From Bacillota bacterium (GTDB lineage Bacteria; Bacillota; Sulfobacillia; Sulfobacillales; JAIMBI01), in contig JAJZYZ010000006.1 of the NCBI GenBank assembly GCA_021797815.1, forward strand, positions 9,695-73,694: DNA of 64,000 bases, given 5' to 3'. Both the position numbers and the translations under genes were made by a program. Below the pieces are notes generated by a model. It made no database searches, had not been told where the DNA came from, and worked only from the letters and a program-made list of their open reading frames with translations. Numbering within the stretch: position 1 is the stretch's first letter; each line of letters starts with the position of its first letter. Below are positions 27,661 to 37,400 of this stretch, one piece after another.

Positions 27661-29526
27661 TCAGGGGATCAAGGGAATGTAGGGTTCGGTGGTGAGCTCC
27701 CACTCCTTGGCATCCTGGTTGTAGCGCGAGTTGACAAACACCTTCCAGTGCTCGTCGTCCAGGCGGGGGTAGTCGCCGCGATAGTAGTAGCCGGGCCAGC
27801 GGGTCTCTTGGCGTGTCAGCAGGTGGCGCATGTGCGCCTCCGAGCACCACACGCGGTCTCGCACCTCCCAGCAGCGGAGCAGCTCGTGGATGTCACGGGC
27901 CGCCATGCTGTTCAGGTCCTCCTCGAACACACCCATGAGATGAAGCCCTCGCTGCAGCAGCGGCTCGTTGGTCATGTAGGAAGCGCTGAGACCCCCCGCG
28001 TACTCATCCATGATCTTCTGCAGGCGCAGCAGCGCCTGCTTCGGAAACACGTAGTTGGGATTGATGTCCGGCCGCGTGGTGGCGGCCACGTTTTCCTCAA
28101 ACACCCGGTACGGTTGAAAGAGATCACTCACGATAGAGGCCACTTCGTCGTCCAGGACCAGGGGCGCATCCGGGTGGTCCGTGATGTACTTGACGGCGGC
28201 CTTGCCCGCCAGCCGTCCCTCGGTGTAGGAGCCCGAGGAGAACTTGTGGGCCGAGGCGCCCGCGCCGTCGCCCGCCGCAAACAGGCCGCTCACCGTCGTC
28301 ATCCGGTTGTACCCCCAGTGGTAGGCCGCCGGGGACACATCCTCGGGGCCGCTCACCCAGGCGCCCGTGCCCGACGCATGGGAGCCCATGAGGTACGGCT
28401 CGGTCATGATGAGCTCCGAAGGTTCCTGTGCCGGGTCAATGTTGTGCGACGCCCACAACAGTGCTTGCGACATGGTCATGTCAAGGAAATCTTCCCACCC
28501 GTCACTTTCGATCTCCCGAACCTTTTTGGGATCGAGTCCGGCGGTCAGCGCCTGCAGCGCCTCGTCGGTGCGCATGTAATGAGGACCCCGTCCTTGCTGC
28601 TTGTCCAGCAGCATCTGGTGGTTGCGTAGGGGCGTGGGGATAGGACGGGCGTTCCCGTACGGCAGGAAGTCCTGGAGGGCCGCCGCCTGGGTCTCTTCGT
28701 AATTTTCGCCGTAGGCGTTCTTCACGTGTCCCTTGAACAGCAGGAACCACATGCCGACCGGACCGTATCCGTCGCGGAACCGCGTCGCCACCAGCCGGTG
28801 CTCCATCTGGGTCATCTTGGCGCCGGCCTGAATCATCAGCGAGTACGCCGAGCCCGTGTTCCAGGGGGCATACCAGATGCGGCCAAGGCCTTCTCCGACC
28901 GCATGGGGCCGAAACGCCATCGTGGCGCCGCCCGCGCCGACAATAACGGCCTTCGCCCGAAACACAAACACCTTGTGGTCGCGGACGCTGAAGCCGACGG
29001 CCCCCGCCACACGCTGCCGATCGCGATCCATCAGGAGGTGCGAAACAAAAATGCGCTCGTAGACGTTCTCCGGGCCCACCGCCGTTTTCGCCGCTTCCGC
29101 CACGATGGGCTTGTAAGACTCGCCGTGAATCATGATCTGCCAGCGGCCCTCACGCTTGTACTTCCCATCTTCCGTCTTGAAGATGGGAAGTCCCCACTTC
29201 TCAAACATGTGCACCGTCGCGTCGACGTGGCGGGCGATGTCGTAGACGAGGTCCTCACGCGACAATCCCATCAGGTCATTGCGCACGTAGCGGACGAAGT
29301 CCTCGGGCGTGTTTTCGCCCCACTTCATGCCCATGTAGCAGTTGATGGCGGACAGGCCCATGGCCACCGCCCCGCTGCGCTCGATGGCCGCCTTCTCCAC
29401 CATCACCACCCGATAATTGTGCGACTGGGCCCAATAGGCCGCCTCGTAGGCGGCTCCGCACCCCGACATGCCGCCGCCAATGATCAGCACGTCGGTGTCG
29501 ACGTATTCCACCTGGGGCTCTTTCAT
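27661..29526 (-). CDS. aprA: adenylylsulfate (APS) reductase alpha subunit
   Basis: VDTDVLIIGGGMSGCGAAYEAAYWA, SGAVAMGLSAINCYMG, WYAPWNTGSAYSLMIQAGA, RFRDGYGPVG. 621 aa. GAGGGGGA-N5-ATG precedes the start. Confidence 0.95.
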   Translation of the reverse strand: MKEPQVEYVDTDVLIIGGGMSGCGAAYEAAYWAQSHNYRVVMVEKAAIERSGAVAMGLSAINCYMGMKWGENTPEDFVRYVRNDLMGLSREDLVYDIARHVDATVHMFEKWGLPIFKTEDGKYKREGRWQIMIHGESYKPIVAEAAKTAVGPENVYERIFVSHLLMDRDRQRVAGAVGFSVRDHKVFVFRAKAVIVGAGGATMAFRPHAVGEGLGRIWYAPWNTGSAYSLMIQAGAKMTQMEHRLVATRFRDGYGPVGMWFLLFKGHVKNAYGENYEETQAAALQDFLPYGNARPIPTPLRNHQMLLDKQQGRGPHYMRTDEALQALTAGLDPKKVREIESDGWEDFLDMTMSQALLWASHNIDPAQEPSELIMTEPYLMGSHASGTGAWVSGPEDVSPAAYHWGYNRMTTVSGLFAAGDGAGASAHKFSSGSYTEGRLAGKAAVKYITDHPDAPLVLDDEVASIVSDLFQPYRVFEENVAATTRPDINPNYVFPKQALLRLQKIMDEYAGGLSASYMTNEPLLQRGLHLMGVFEEDLNSMAARDIHELLRCWEVRDRVWCSEAHMRHLLTRQETRWPGYYYRGDYPRLDDEHWKVFVNSRYNQDAKEWELTTEPYIPLIP

Positions 29527-29666
29527 CTTGGTCCCCCTCTTCTGTTATCGTGACATCTCCCGCCGGGCGCCGGACCGGGTCCTGCGGCCTCTTAGCGCAG
29601 CACGCGGCTGACTCCGGTTTCCCCCTGGCCCGCTCCGAAGCGGCGGCAGGGCTGACCACCGGGCTC

Positions 29667-30113
29667 TCAGGCACTCGGTGTGGGCAGTCGATCTACCCCG
29701 AGCCATGCGTCTTCACCGCATAGGCTGGGGTCAGCGAGCTGGGCGGCCGTTGGGGTTTCCAGGGAGTCGTACGGCTCGATGCTTCCCCACGGCGTGGATC
29801 GAATAGGGTACTTGAAGCGCTTGACGCGCTGGTCGCGGTACTTGACCGTCCACATGATGCTGTCCGTCCCGCGCAGCGGCGTCAGGCTGGCCCCCATCGG
29901 CATCACATCGGCGTATCCCCGCATGGCGATGGCCGATTGCGGACAGGTTTTGACACAGGAGTAGCATTCCCAGCACATATCCGGCTCTTGGTTGAAGGCC
30001 TTGCCCAAAGCCTTGTCCAGGGTCATCAGATCGTTCGGGCAGATGTACTGGCACGCCGGCTGGTCCAAAGCCTTGCATCCGTCACACTTGTCTGGATTAA
30101 CGTATGTCGGCAC
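29667..30113 (-). CDS. aprB: adenylylsulfate (APS) reductase beta subunit
   Basis: (V)PTYVNPDKCDGCKALDQPACQYICPNDLM and CWECYSCVKTCPQSAI (two 4Fe-4S clusters), plus a C-terminal AprB tail. Start at GTG 30113 behind GGGAGG-N7. Confidence 0.93.
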   Translation of the reverse strand: MPTYVNPDKCDGCKALDQPACQYICPNDLMTLDKALGKAFNQEPDMCWECYSCVKTCPQSAIAMRGYADVMPMGASLTPLRGTDSIMWTVKYRDQRVKRFKYPIRSTPWGSIEPYDSLETPTAAQLADPSLCGEDAWLGVDRLPTPSA

Positions 30114-30191
30114 GGTGTTACCTCCCTTGCGTGATGAATCCACGGGGCAGACACTCCGGCCCCACCCCTCTTAAGGGGGCGTGTCTTCAGC

Positions 30192-31391
30192 TCATGGCAG
30201 CGAATCCGCCGGCCGGTCCGCCGCCTCGGCCTCATAGTATTGCCGGAGAATGCTCAAAACTTCTGGCCGGCTGAAATGGTCCGGCACATCGTCGCCGTCA
30301 GACAGCATCCGGCGCAGTCTGGTGCCGCTGATGACCACGCGATCTTCGGGGCCATGGGGGCAGGTTCGGCCCGTGGCCATCCCATCGCACTTGCGGCAGT
30401 AAAACGTCCAGTCCATTTTCATGGCTTGGATTTCCAAGGCGTCTTTCGGAATCTCCTCAAAGATGCGGTGGGCATCAAAGGGGCCGTAGTAGTCCCCCAC
30501 CCCGGCGTGGTCCCGGCCCACCAGAAGGTGGCTGCACCCGAAGTTCTGGCGGATGAGGGCATGCAGCAGCGCTTCGCGGGGGCCGGCGTAGCGCATCTCC
30601 ATCGGATAGCCTGCCTGGATGCACGTGCCGGGCACAAAGTACTGCTCCACCAGCGTGTCGATAGCGCGGACCCGGACGTCGGCTGGAATGTCGCCGGCTT
30701 TGAGTTTGCCCAGCACCTGATGGATGAGGAGGCCGTCCACCACTTCGATGGCGACCTTGGCAAGATACTCATGGGAGCGGTGCATCGGATTTCGCGTCTG
30801 CAGGGCGGCCACAGTACTCCAGCCGAGAGACTGGAACCGCTCACGCGTCTCCGCCGGCCGCAGGTACAGGCCGGGATACTGAACCGGGTACGGTCCCTCG
30901 GACAGAACCTGAACCGAGCCGGCCACATTGAAGGGGCGCTGCGCGAGAAGTTTGGCCACGCCGGGATGCGCGGCGTCAGTCGTGCGGAAAACCTGCCGCG
31001 CCTCATGCTCCTTGTCGACGGTGTACACCTCGCTCACGGTCAGCACCGCCATCAGGGCCTGGGTGTCCTCGTCCATGAGCGCCACCGGATCCCCCGGCCG
31101 GAGCGAGCTGGCGGCGTCGGCAGACGCGGAGAGTGTGATGGGGATTGGCCAAAATACGCCGTCCGCCATCTCGTAGCGGTCACAGACCGACAGCCAGTCA
31201 TCCCGGCCCATGAACCCGCTCAGCGGGGTGAAGGCGCCCATGCCCAGCATGAGCAGGTCAGATGTCTCGCGCGTGGTCATCGGAAGCCGCGGCAGTGTCG
31301 CCGCCCATGCCGTCAAATCGCCTCGCTCTGACTCTGCGGCCAGGCGCGGCAACAATTGGCTCTGTGGCCCATGAGGACTGACCAGCGACAT
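30192..31391 (-). CDS. sat: sulfate adenylyltransferase (ATP sulfurylase)
   Basis: [44 protein letters not shown]. Start at ATG 31391 (MSLVSPHG) behind GAGGGGG. The track ORF starts at 31490. Confidence 0.93.
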   Translation of the reverse strand: MSLVSPHGPQSQLLPRLAAESERGDLTAWAATLPRLPMTTRETSDLLMLGMGAFTPLSGFMGRDDWLSVCDRYEMADGVFWPIPITLSASADAASSLRPGDPVALMDEDTQALMAVLTVSEVYTVDKEHEARQVFRTTDAAHPGVAKLLAQRPFNVAGSVQVLSEGPYPVQYPGLYLRPAETRERFQSLGWSTVAALQTRNPMHRSHEYLAKVAIEVVDGLLIHQVLGKLKAGDIPADVRVRAIDTLVEQYFVPGTCIQAGYPMEMRYAGPREALLHALIRQNFGCSHLLVGRDHAGVGDYYGPFDAHRIFEEIPKDALEIQAMKMDWTFYCRKCDGMATGRTCPHGPEDRVVISGTRLRRMLSDGDDVPDHFSRPEVLSILRQYYEAEAADRPADSLP

Positions 31392-31486
31392 ATGGCCCCC
31401 TCTTGCGTGTGACGCAACCGGCCGAGCACGTCGGATTGTGAGCACTCCCTGGGATGCCGTCGACACCATCCGGCGGCAATGAGTAC

Positions 31487-31515
31487 ACAATACACATACA
31501 GGTAGGAGTATTCAA
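31487..31515 (-). promoter_or_regulatory. putative promoter of the sat-apr-qmo operon: TTGAAT-N17-TATTGT
   Basis: Read on the minus strand in the only AT-richer patch of the 252-nt HIT-sat spacer, ~95 nt upstream of sat ATG 31391. Confidence 0.45.
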
Positions 31516-31643
31516 GCTGAGACGGGGAATTGAGGTGGGACCGATGCGTCGACCGGCCGTGAGCCCCGCGCACGGAGAGATGCCCGCGCGATTGATTCCC
31601 GGGGGCGGCAAAGGCGGGAGGCCTGCAGCGCCTCGTCGACCCC

Positions 31644-32144
31644 TTACGACCGCTCTGGCGGCTCCGTGGCCGATCGGTGCCGGCCTATCCATTCCCGCAG
31701 CTGCGACGCATACGGCACGCGCTCTTCGGGGTCGGTGTAGTAGCCGGTGCTGGCATAGAGGTCGTCGTTGGCATACCGGGGAAACACGTGCAGGTGATAG
31801 TGCCAGACAATTTGGTTGCCGGCGGGCTCGTTGTGCTGCCGGGTCGATATGCCCTGGCAGGAGTATTCCGCCTTCATGGCGCGCGCGACAAGCTTGGCGG
31901 CCCGATGAATGTCGATGGCGTAGTCATCGGGAAGCACGTATAAATTCTCGAAGTGCTGGTTCGGTATGATCATTACGTGGCCTTTGTTGTTTGGCCACCA
32001 TTTGTTGGCCACGAACACGGTCACGCGGCGGTCCTGGTAGACGACGTCGCGCTGTTTGGTGCCGCGATCCGGTTCTTCGACTCCGGCCGCAATCCGGCAA
32101 AAGGGACACTGATAGCCGTCCGGCGCGTGGGAGTCTGTCGTCAT
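31644..32144 (-). CDS. HIT-family nucleotide hydrolase/transferase
   Basis: YQCPFCRI near the N-terminus and the histidine-triad motif WHYHLHVFPR. 166 aa. Confidence 0.8.
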   Translation of the reverse strand: MTTDSHAPDGYQCPFCRIAAGVEEPDRGTKQRDVVYQDRRVTVFVANKWWPNNKGHVMIIPNQHFENLYVLPDDYAIDIHRAAKLVARAMKAEYSCQGISTRQHNEPAGNQIVWHYHLHVFPRYANDDLYASTGYYTDPEERVPYASQLREWIGRHRSATEPPERS

Positions 32145-32599
32145 GGACTACGCCGCCTTTCTCCGCCGGGGATAGATTAGCAGGCTCCGGCCGCCGACGC
32201 ACCCAAGGACTCGGGGCGCCGGGCGGCGCCACGATGCTGCGGTGTCGGAAACGGCGGCCCGCGCGGCCCCTCGCGCACCCCGACGCCTTGGGGGACTGCG
32301 CCCGCGCCGGCTTACGGTGGCCGCCAGCGTGAAAGGCAGAGGTCGAAGATGAAAACCGTCCCCGCCCCGAGCAGCCAGGGCCCGAGCCGGTGGCCCTCTG
32401 CGGGCGAGGATGATGGGAAGCTCCGCGCCGACGCCGCTACCCGGCCGCCTTCGGCCCGTGCAGCAGACGGCCGAGGAGGCCATGGCCGTATTGGCTCGCG
32501 AGCGCGGGCCGGTGCCCGAGGTTTCTGCCGGAGCCGCTTGAGGTGTGCGGCCGGCGCGGGGCCGATAGAGGGCGCCAGCCCGGGCGCAAGGCAGCCGGG

Positions 32600-34762
32600 C
32601 TAGCGCGCTTCGGTGTCTCCATCCGCAAACAGGCGGTGGTATTGGTCAAGCGAGAGGTAAACGTCGCGGGGGCGGGCGCCGTCCTGGGGACCCACGTACC
32701 CGCGCTCGGCCATCTGGTCGATGATGCGGGCAGCCCTCGTGTAGCCGACACGAAGCCGCCGCTGCAGCATCGAAGCCGAGGCCTGGCGGCTCTCCACCAC
32801 GACCCGCAGGGCATCCTGGAACAGGCTGTCGGTGTCGGTCGGAGCCTCGGTCTCCTCCGCGCCCTGGAATTCCAGGCTCGGCAGTTCATCCGGTGCCCGC
32901 TCGCGCAGGTACGACACCAGGGCTTCCATTTCGGATTCGGTCACATAGCAGCCCTGGAGCCTCTGCGGCTTGGCGGCCCCTACCGGGCTGTACAGCATGT
33001 CTCCCCGACCGAGAAGTTTCTCCGCCCCGCTCCCGTCGAGAATGGTCCGGGAATCGACCTGGCTTGACACCGCAAACGCAATCCGGCTCGGAATATTGGC
33101 CTTGATGGTTCCGGTGATGACATCGACAGAGGGCCGCTGGGTCGCCACCACCAGGTGGATGCCTGCCGCCCGTGCCATCTGCGCCAACCGGTTGATAGAC
33201 TCCTCCACCTCCACGGGCGCCACCATCATGAGGTCCGCAAGCTCATCAATCACCACGACCGTGTAAGGGAGGAAAGTGTCCTCTTCCTGGAGCTGGGCAT
33301 TGTAGCGGGCGATGTCGCGCACGCCCCGCTGCGCGAAGATCTGATAGCGCCGCTCCATCTCGCGGACGGCCCAGCGAAGCGCCTGGCTGGCTTTCTTGGG
33401 GTCGGTGACCACCGGGGTTACCAGATGAGGAATCCCGTTGAATCCGGAAAGTTCCACCACTTTGGGATCGATGAGCAGGAGCTGCACCTGCGCGGGTGTG
33501 GACCGAAACAGAAGGCTCGCGATAAGGACGTTGATCAGCACGCTCTTGCCAGAGCCGGTGGCGCCGGCCACCAGAAGATGCGGCATCTGATCGAGCTGGG
33601 CCACGACCGGCTTGCCGGCGATGTCCTTGCCGAGGGCCACCGACAGGGGCGACGCGGCCGACTTGAAGGCGGGCGCCTCCAGCACCTCCCGCAGGCGCAC
33701 GACCGAGACCGCCTGGTTCGGCACCTCAATGCCGATAGCGCTCTTGCCAGGAATCGGCGCCTCCATGCGAACGCCGGACGCCGCCAGAGAGAGGGCGATG
33801 TCATCCGCCAGATTCACGATCCGGGAGACTTTCACGCCCGGCGGCGGCACCACCTCAAAGCGGGTGACGGCGGGACCCCGGGTGACCTCGGACAGGCGTG
33901 CCTCGATACCAAAATGACGGAGCGTCTCCAAAAGCAGTTCCGCCCGGATTTCCGGCTCCCGGCCCCTCAGCGACGCCGGTTCCCCCTCGGCCAGGAGACT
34001 GAGAGGCGGCAGGTCCGCCCCGGCCCCGCCGGCCCCAAAGCCGGCGGCCGACGCCGGAACGCCTCCGGCCCCGCGGGTCCGCCGGAGCGGAAGCGGCTTC
34101 GGCGCCTCGATCTCCGCCGGGGTATGGCCGGTGAGGGCCGTCTCCTCAGGCAGAATACGCGAGGGCGCCGCCGCTTCCTGACCGGGACTCCCGGGCCCCC
34201 CATCCGTGTCCGGACCGGCCGGCAGCGGCTCCCGGTCAGCCACGGGGAACACCCAGTCGGCCAGCGCACGCACGGCGCGAAGTCCCCCGGTCCCCGTGCG
34301 GTTGGCGGCCCAGAGAAGACCGCGCCCCGATACGCGCGCGCCCTCCCTCACACTGCCGCCGGTGACCAGGACCAGAAGGGCCAGGAAAAATGCGATGAGA
34401 AGCACCACCGCGCCGGCGGTGCCCACCAGAAACCGGAGCCCGTGGCCGATCCCGTAGCCGACGAACCCCCCGGGGCCGGTGCCGCCGAGGCCCGTGAGGC
34501 CGTCCAGCACCAGGGTGAGTCCCAGCACGGCCCACATCCGGCTCGGGGTCGCCCAGGCCGGCCGGCCAAGGATCGCAAACACCCCCACCACGCCGACAAA
34601 GCCGGGAATCCACCAGGCGGTGAGTCCGAGTCCGGCTTTCAACCCGTGCGCCACGACGCTCCCGAGCGCCCCCTCGGACTGACCGCCGAGGGCCAGGTAC
34701 GCCACGATTGCCGCCGCCACCAAGATGATGCCGGAGACTTCGTGCCGCGTGCCCTGCGCCAC
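32600..34762 (-). CDS. ftsK: DNA translocase FtsK/SpoIIIE
   Basis: N-terminal TM helices, a Pro/Gly-rich linker, and the motor domain with [17 protein letters not shown] (Walker A), [12 protein letters not shown] (Walker B) and a C-terminal winged-helix gamma domain. Start preferred at GTG 34762 (AAGGGGGA-N7). The track starts at 34873. Confidence 0.9.
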   Translation of the reverse strand: MAQGTRHEVSGIILVAAAIVAYLALGGQSEGALGSVVAHGLKAGLGLTAWWIPGFVGVVGVFAILGRPAWATPSRMWAVLGLTLVLDGLTGLGGTGPGGFVGYGIGHGLRFLVGTAGAVVLLIAFFLALLVLVTGGSVREGARVSGRGLLWAANRTGTGGLRAVRALADWVFPVADREPLPAGPDTDGGPGSPGQEAAAPSRILPEETALTGHTPAEIEAPKPLPLRRTRGAGGVPASAAGFGAGGAGADLPPLSLLAEGEPASLRGREPEIRAELLLETLRHFGIEARLSEVTRGPAVTRFEVVPPPGVKVSRIVNLADDIALSLAASGVRMEAPIPGKSAIGIEVPNQAVSVVRLREVLEAPAFKSAASPLSVALGKDIAGKPVVAQLDQMPHLLVAGATGSGKSVLINVLIASLLFRSTPAQVQLLLIDPKVVELSGFNGIPHLVTPVVTDPKKASQALRWAVREMERRYQIFAQRGVRDIARYNAQLQEEDTFLPYTVVVIDELADLMMVAPVEVEESINRLAQMARAAGIHLVVATQRPSVDVITGTIKANIPSRIAFAVSSQVDSRTILDGSGAEKLLGRGDMLYSPVGAAKPQRLQGCYVTESEMEALVSYLRERAPDELPSLEFQGAEETEAPTDTDSLFQDALRVVVESRQASASMLQRRLRVGYTRAARIIDQMAERGYVGPQDGARPRDVYLSLDQYHRLFADGDTEAR

Positions 34763-35336
34763 AAAACCGTCCCCCTTCAGCGTCCGATCCCTGAGACCAG
34801 CGCCTCCCTGAGCAGAGTGTACCTGCCGGAGCCCCGTGGCAACCGGGGTTTCACAATGTCTTGCATGGCCCATTGTACCGCCGGCCCCTCGGCCGTGCGT
34901 GCCTTGCAGGCTCGGATCAGCACTGGGCCTGCGCTCTCGCGATCCGGGCGCCCGGTCGGGATGACGGCATCGGCAAGGATCCGGACGGTTTCGCGGACGA
35001 ATCGGAAGGCCCCGGAGGAAACCGTCTCCCCGCCGGGGCGGCGAGCTTCGCCCGTAAAGACCGGTCCTCCAGGTCGCCGGATCCCCAGGAAGAGCTCAGG
35101 TTCCGCCGTCGCAGGCGACTAGGGCCAGGTCCGATGAGCCGATTTCCCGGTCCGCGCGGGGGATGCCCGATAACGGGACGCCCCGAGGGGCGCGGCGGCC
35201 GCGAGTTGGTTGGATCTTGAACCGGCCCCGGGGACAACCTGCTTGCTGTCGTCTCATCGAACCGCCAAACGCGAAGCGGCGCCCGGCCCCGGGCCGGACG
35301 CCGTCGTGTGGTGTCGGAGGCGCCGTCCCGGCTCTC

Positions 35337-37034
35337 CTACACTTCCATGACGATGGGAAGCACCATCGGGCGCCGACGGGTGCGCTCGAACATGAGTTTC
35401 GCCATGGCATCCCGGACGGCCGTCTTGATGGTGGCCCACTCCGTGTAGCCTTCGCCGAGCCCTTCCACCACCGTGCGGACGCGCTGACGAGCCTCCTCCA
35501 TCAAGGCTTCCGACTCCCGCACGTACACGAATCCGCGCGAGACCACGTCGGGTCCCGAGACCAGTTCCCCGGACTGGGAGTCGATGCCAAGTACAACGAT
35601 GAGGACGCCGTCCTGCGACAGCTGCCGGCGGTCGCGAAGCACAATGTGCCCAACGTCGCCGATGCCCATGCCGTCCACCAGCACCTTGCCCCACGGGACC
35701 TGGCCCACCACCCGCCCCTGCTCGGAGGTAAATTCGAACACCGTGCCGTTCTCGCCGATGAAGATGTGGTCACTGGGAACGCCGGTCGCCTGGGCCAGCT
35801 CGCCGTGGTGAACGAGGTGCCGGTACTCCCCATGGACGGGAATGAAGAACTGCGGCCGCACGAGATTCAGCATGAGCTTCAGCTCTTCCTGAGCCCCATG
35901 GCCCGAAACATGCACGCCCATGGGAATGCCGTAGACCACGTGGGCCCCGCGCCTAAAGAGGCCATCAATCATGCGGGCGACGAGCTTGTCGTTGCCCGGA
36001 ATCGGCGAGGCGGCCACCACCACGGTGTCGCCAGGCAGGATCTCCACCTTGCGGTGATCGGCCAGCGCCATCCGCGACAGCGCCGACATCGGCTCGCCCT
36101 GGCTTCCGGTGGTCAGGATGCATACGCGGTCGGCCGGCATCCGCTGGACCTCTTCCACCTCCATCTTCACCCCGGGGGGGAAGGTCAGGTAACCGAGCTC
36201 TTGCGCCTTGGCCACCACGTTCTCCATGCTGCGGCCCACCACCGCCACCCGGCGGCCGTGCCGCGCCGCAATCTCCACCGTCTGGGCGATGCGATGCACA
36301 TGACTCGCAAATGATGCGACCAGTACGCGGCCGGCGGCGTTGGCGATGACGCGCTCCAGGGCGTCACCCACGGTCCGTTCCGAAGGGGTGAAGCCGGAGC
36401 GCTCGGCGTTGGTGCTGTCGGCCAGAAGGAGTCGGACTCCCTCATCGCCGGCCTGGGCCAGCCGGTCGAAGGAGGCCACGTGCCCATCCACCGGCGTATG
36501 GTCAATCTTGAAGTCTCCCGTGTGCACCACCGTACCCGCCGGGGTGCGGATGATGAGGCCGGTGGCGTCAGGAATCGAGTGATTGACGCGGAAGAACTCG
36601 ACGGTCGAGCGGCCCGCCGGCACCTTTTCACCCGGCGTCACTTCCCGCGAACCCTTGGGCAGGGTCAGCTTATGCTCCTGCAGTTTCAAATCCACGATGC
36701 CCATCGTGAGCCGTGTGCCATAGACCGGAACCGACATCTCCCGCAGCAGGTAAGGGATAGCCCCTACATGATCCTCATGCCCGTGGGTGAGAAAGACCCC
36801 GCGTACATGATCGCGATGCTCCAGAAGAAATGCCATGTCGGGCAATACCAGGTCTACGCCGGGCATGTCGTCGTCAGGAAATGCCAGTCCGCAGTCCACC
36901 ACCATGATGTCGTCCCCGACCCAGATGAGGGACAGGTTCTTGCCAATCTCGCCAACTCCGCCCAAAGGAATGAACCGGAGTTTCTGCTGTCCTGGGTTAT
37001 CCAGGAATCCCACCTCCTGGGCTTCGGTGCCCAT
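35337..37034 (-). CDS. rnj: ribonuclease J
   Basis: LRFIPLGGVGEIGKNL, the beta-lactamase motif LTHGHEDHVGAIPYL, and beta-CASP and C-terminal domains. About 565 aa. Confidence 0.92.
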   Translation of the reverse strand: MGTEAQEVGFLDNPGQQKLRFIPLGGVGEIGKNLSLIWVGDDIMVVDCGLAFPDDDMPGVDLVLPDMAFLLEHRDHVRGVFLTHGHEDHVGAIPYLLREMSVPVYGTRLTMGIVDLKLQEHKLTLPKGSREVTPGEKVPAGRSTVEFFRVNHSIPDATGLIIRTPAGTVVHTGDFKIDHTPVDGHVASFDRLAQAGDEGVRLLLADSTNAERSGFTPSERTVGDALERVIANAAGRVLVASFASHVHRIAQTVEIAARHGRRVAVVGRSMENVVAKAQELGYLTFPPGVKMEVEEVQRMPADRVCILTTGSQGEPMSALSRMALADHRKVEILPGDTVVVAASPIPGNDKLVARMIDGLFRRGAHVVYGIPMGVHVSGHGAQEELKLMLNLVRPQFFIPVHGEYRHLVHHGELAQATGVPSDHIFIGENGTVFEFTSEQGRVVGQVPWGKVLVDGMGIGDVGHIVLRDRRQLSQDGVLIVVLGIDSQSGELVSGPDVVSRGFVYVRESEALMEEARQRVRTVVEGLGEGYTEWATIKTAVRDAMAKLMFERTRRRPMVLPIVMEV

Positions 37035-37154
37035 ACACAAATAGTCCCCAGCCCTTGTTCGGTGCTGGGGTTTCGTCGTTCAGGGGCCGGCCAGAATCTG
37101 CCCGTTGCCGCCGGCTCCACTCAAAAACAACCGCCGCACACAGTCGTCGTGGGA

Positions 37155-37163
37155 ATTATACCA
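37155..37163 (-). promoter_or_regulatory. extended -10 promoter element TGgTATAAT upstream of rnj
   Basis: Minus strand reads ...GACTCGGGAGTGGTATAATTCCC, ~115 nt upstream of the rnj start. A 7-bp hairpin CCCCAGC-N11-GCTGGGG sits just before the start codon. Confidence 0.4.
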
Positions 37164-37400
37164 CTCCCGAGTCGTCAAACGGCGCGAGGCGGCCGCCCAT
37201 CAGGCCGAAATGACCGGCCCGGCACCACCCGCCCGCGCCCCGCTGCCCGGCGCATTTGCCCCACGCCTCTGGTACGGGCCGCCATCAAGATGGGCGCCCC
37301 GTCTTCTCCGCCATGTCCCCTTCAATTTTTGGGCCCCCACGCTTCAAGCCTCCCACCGGCGCGGCATTGGGGCCCGTTATCCGTGAACCGGCGCCGTGAC

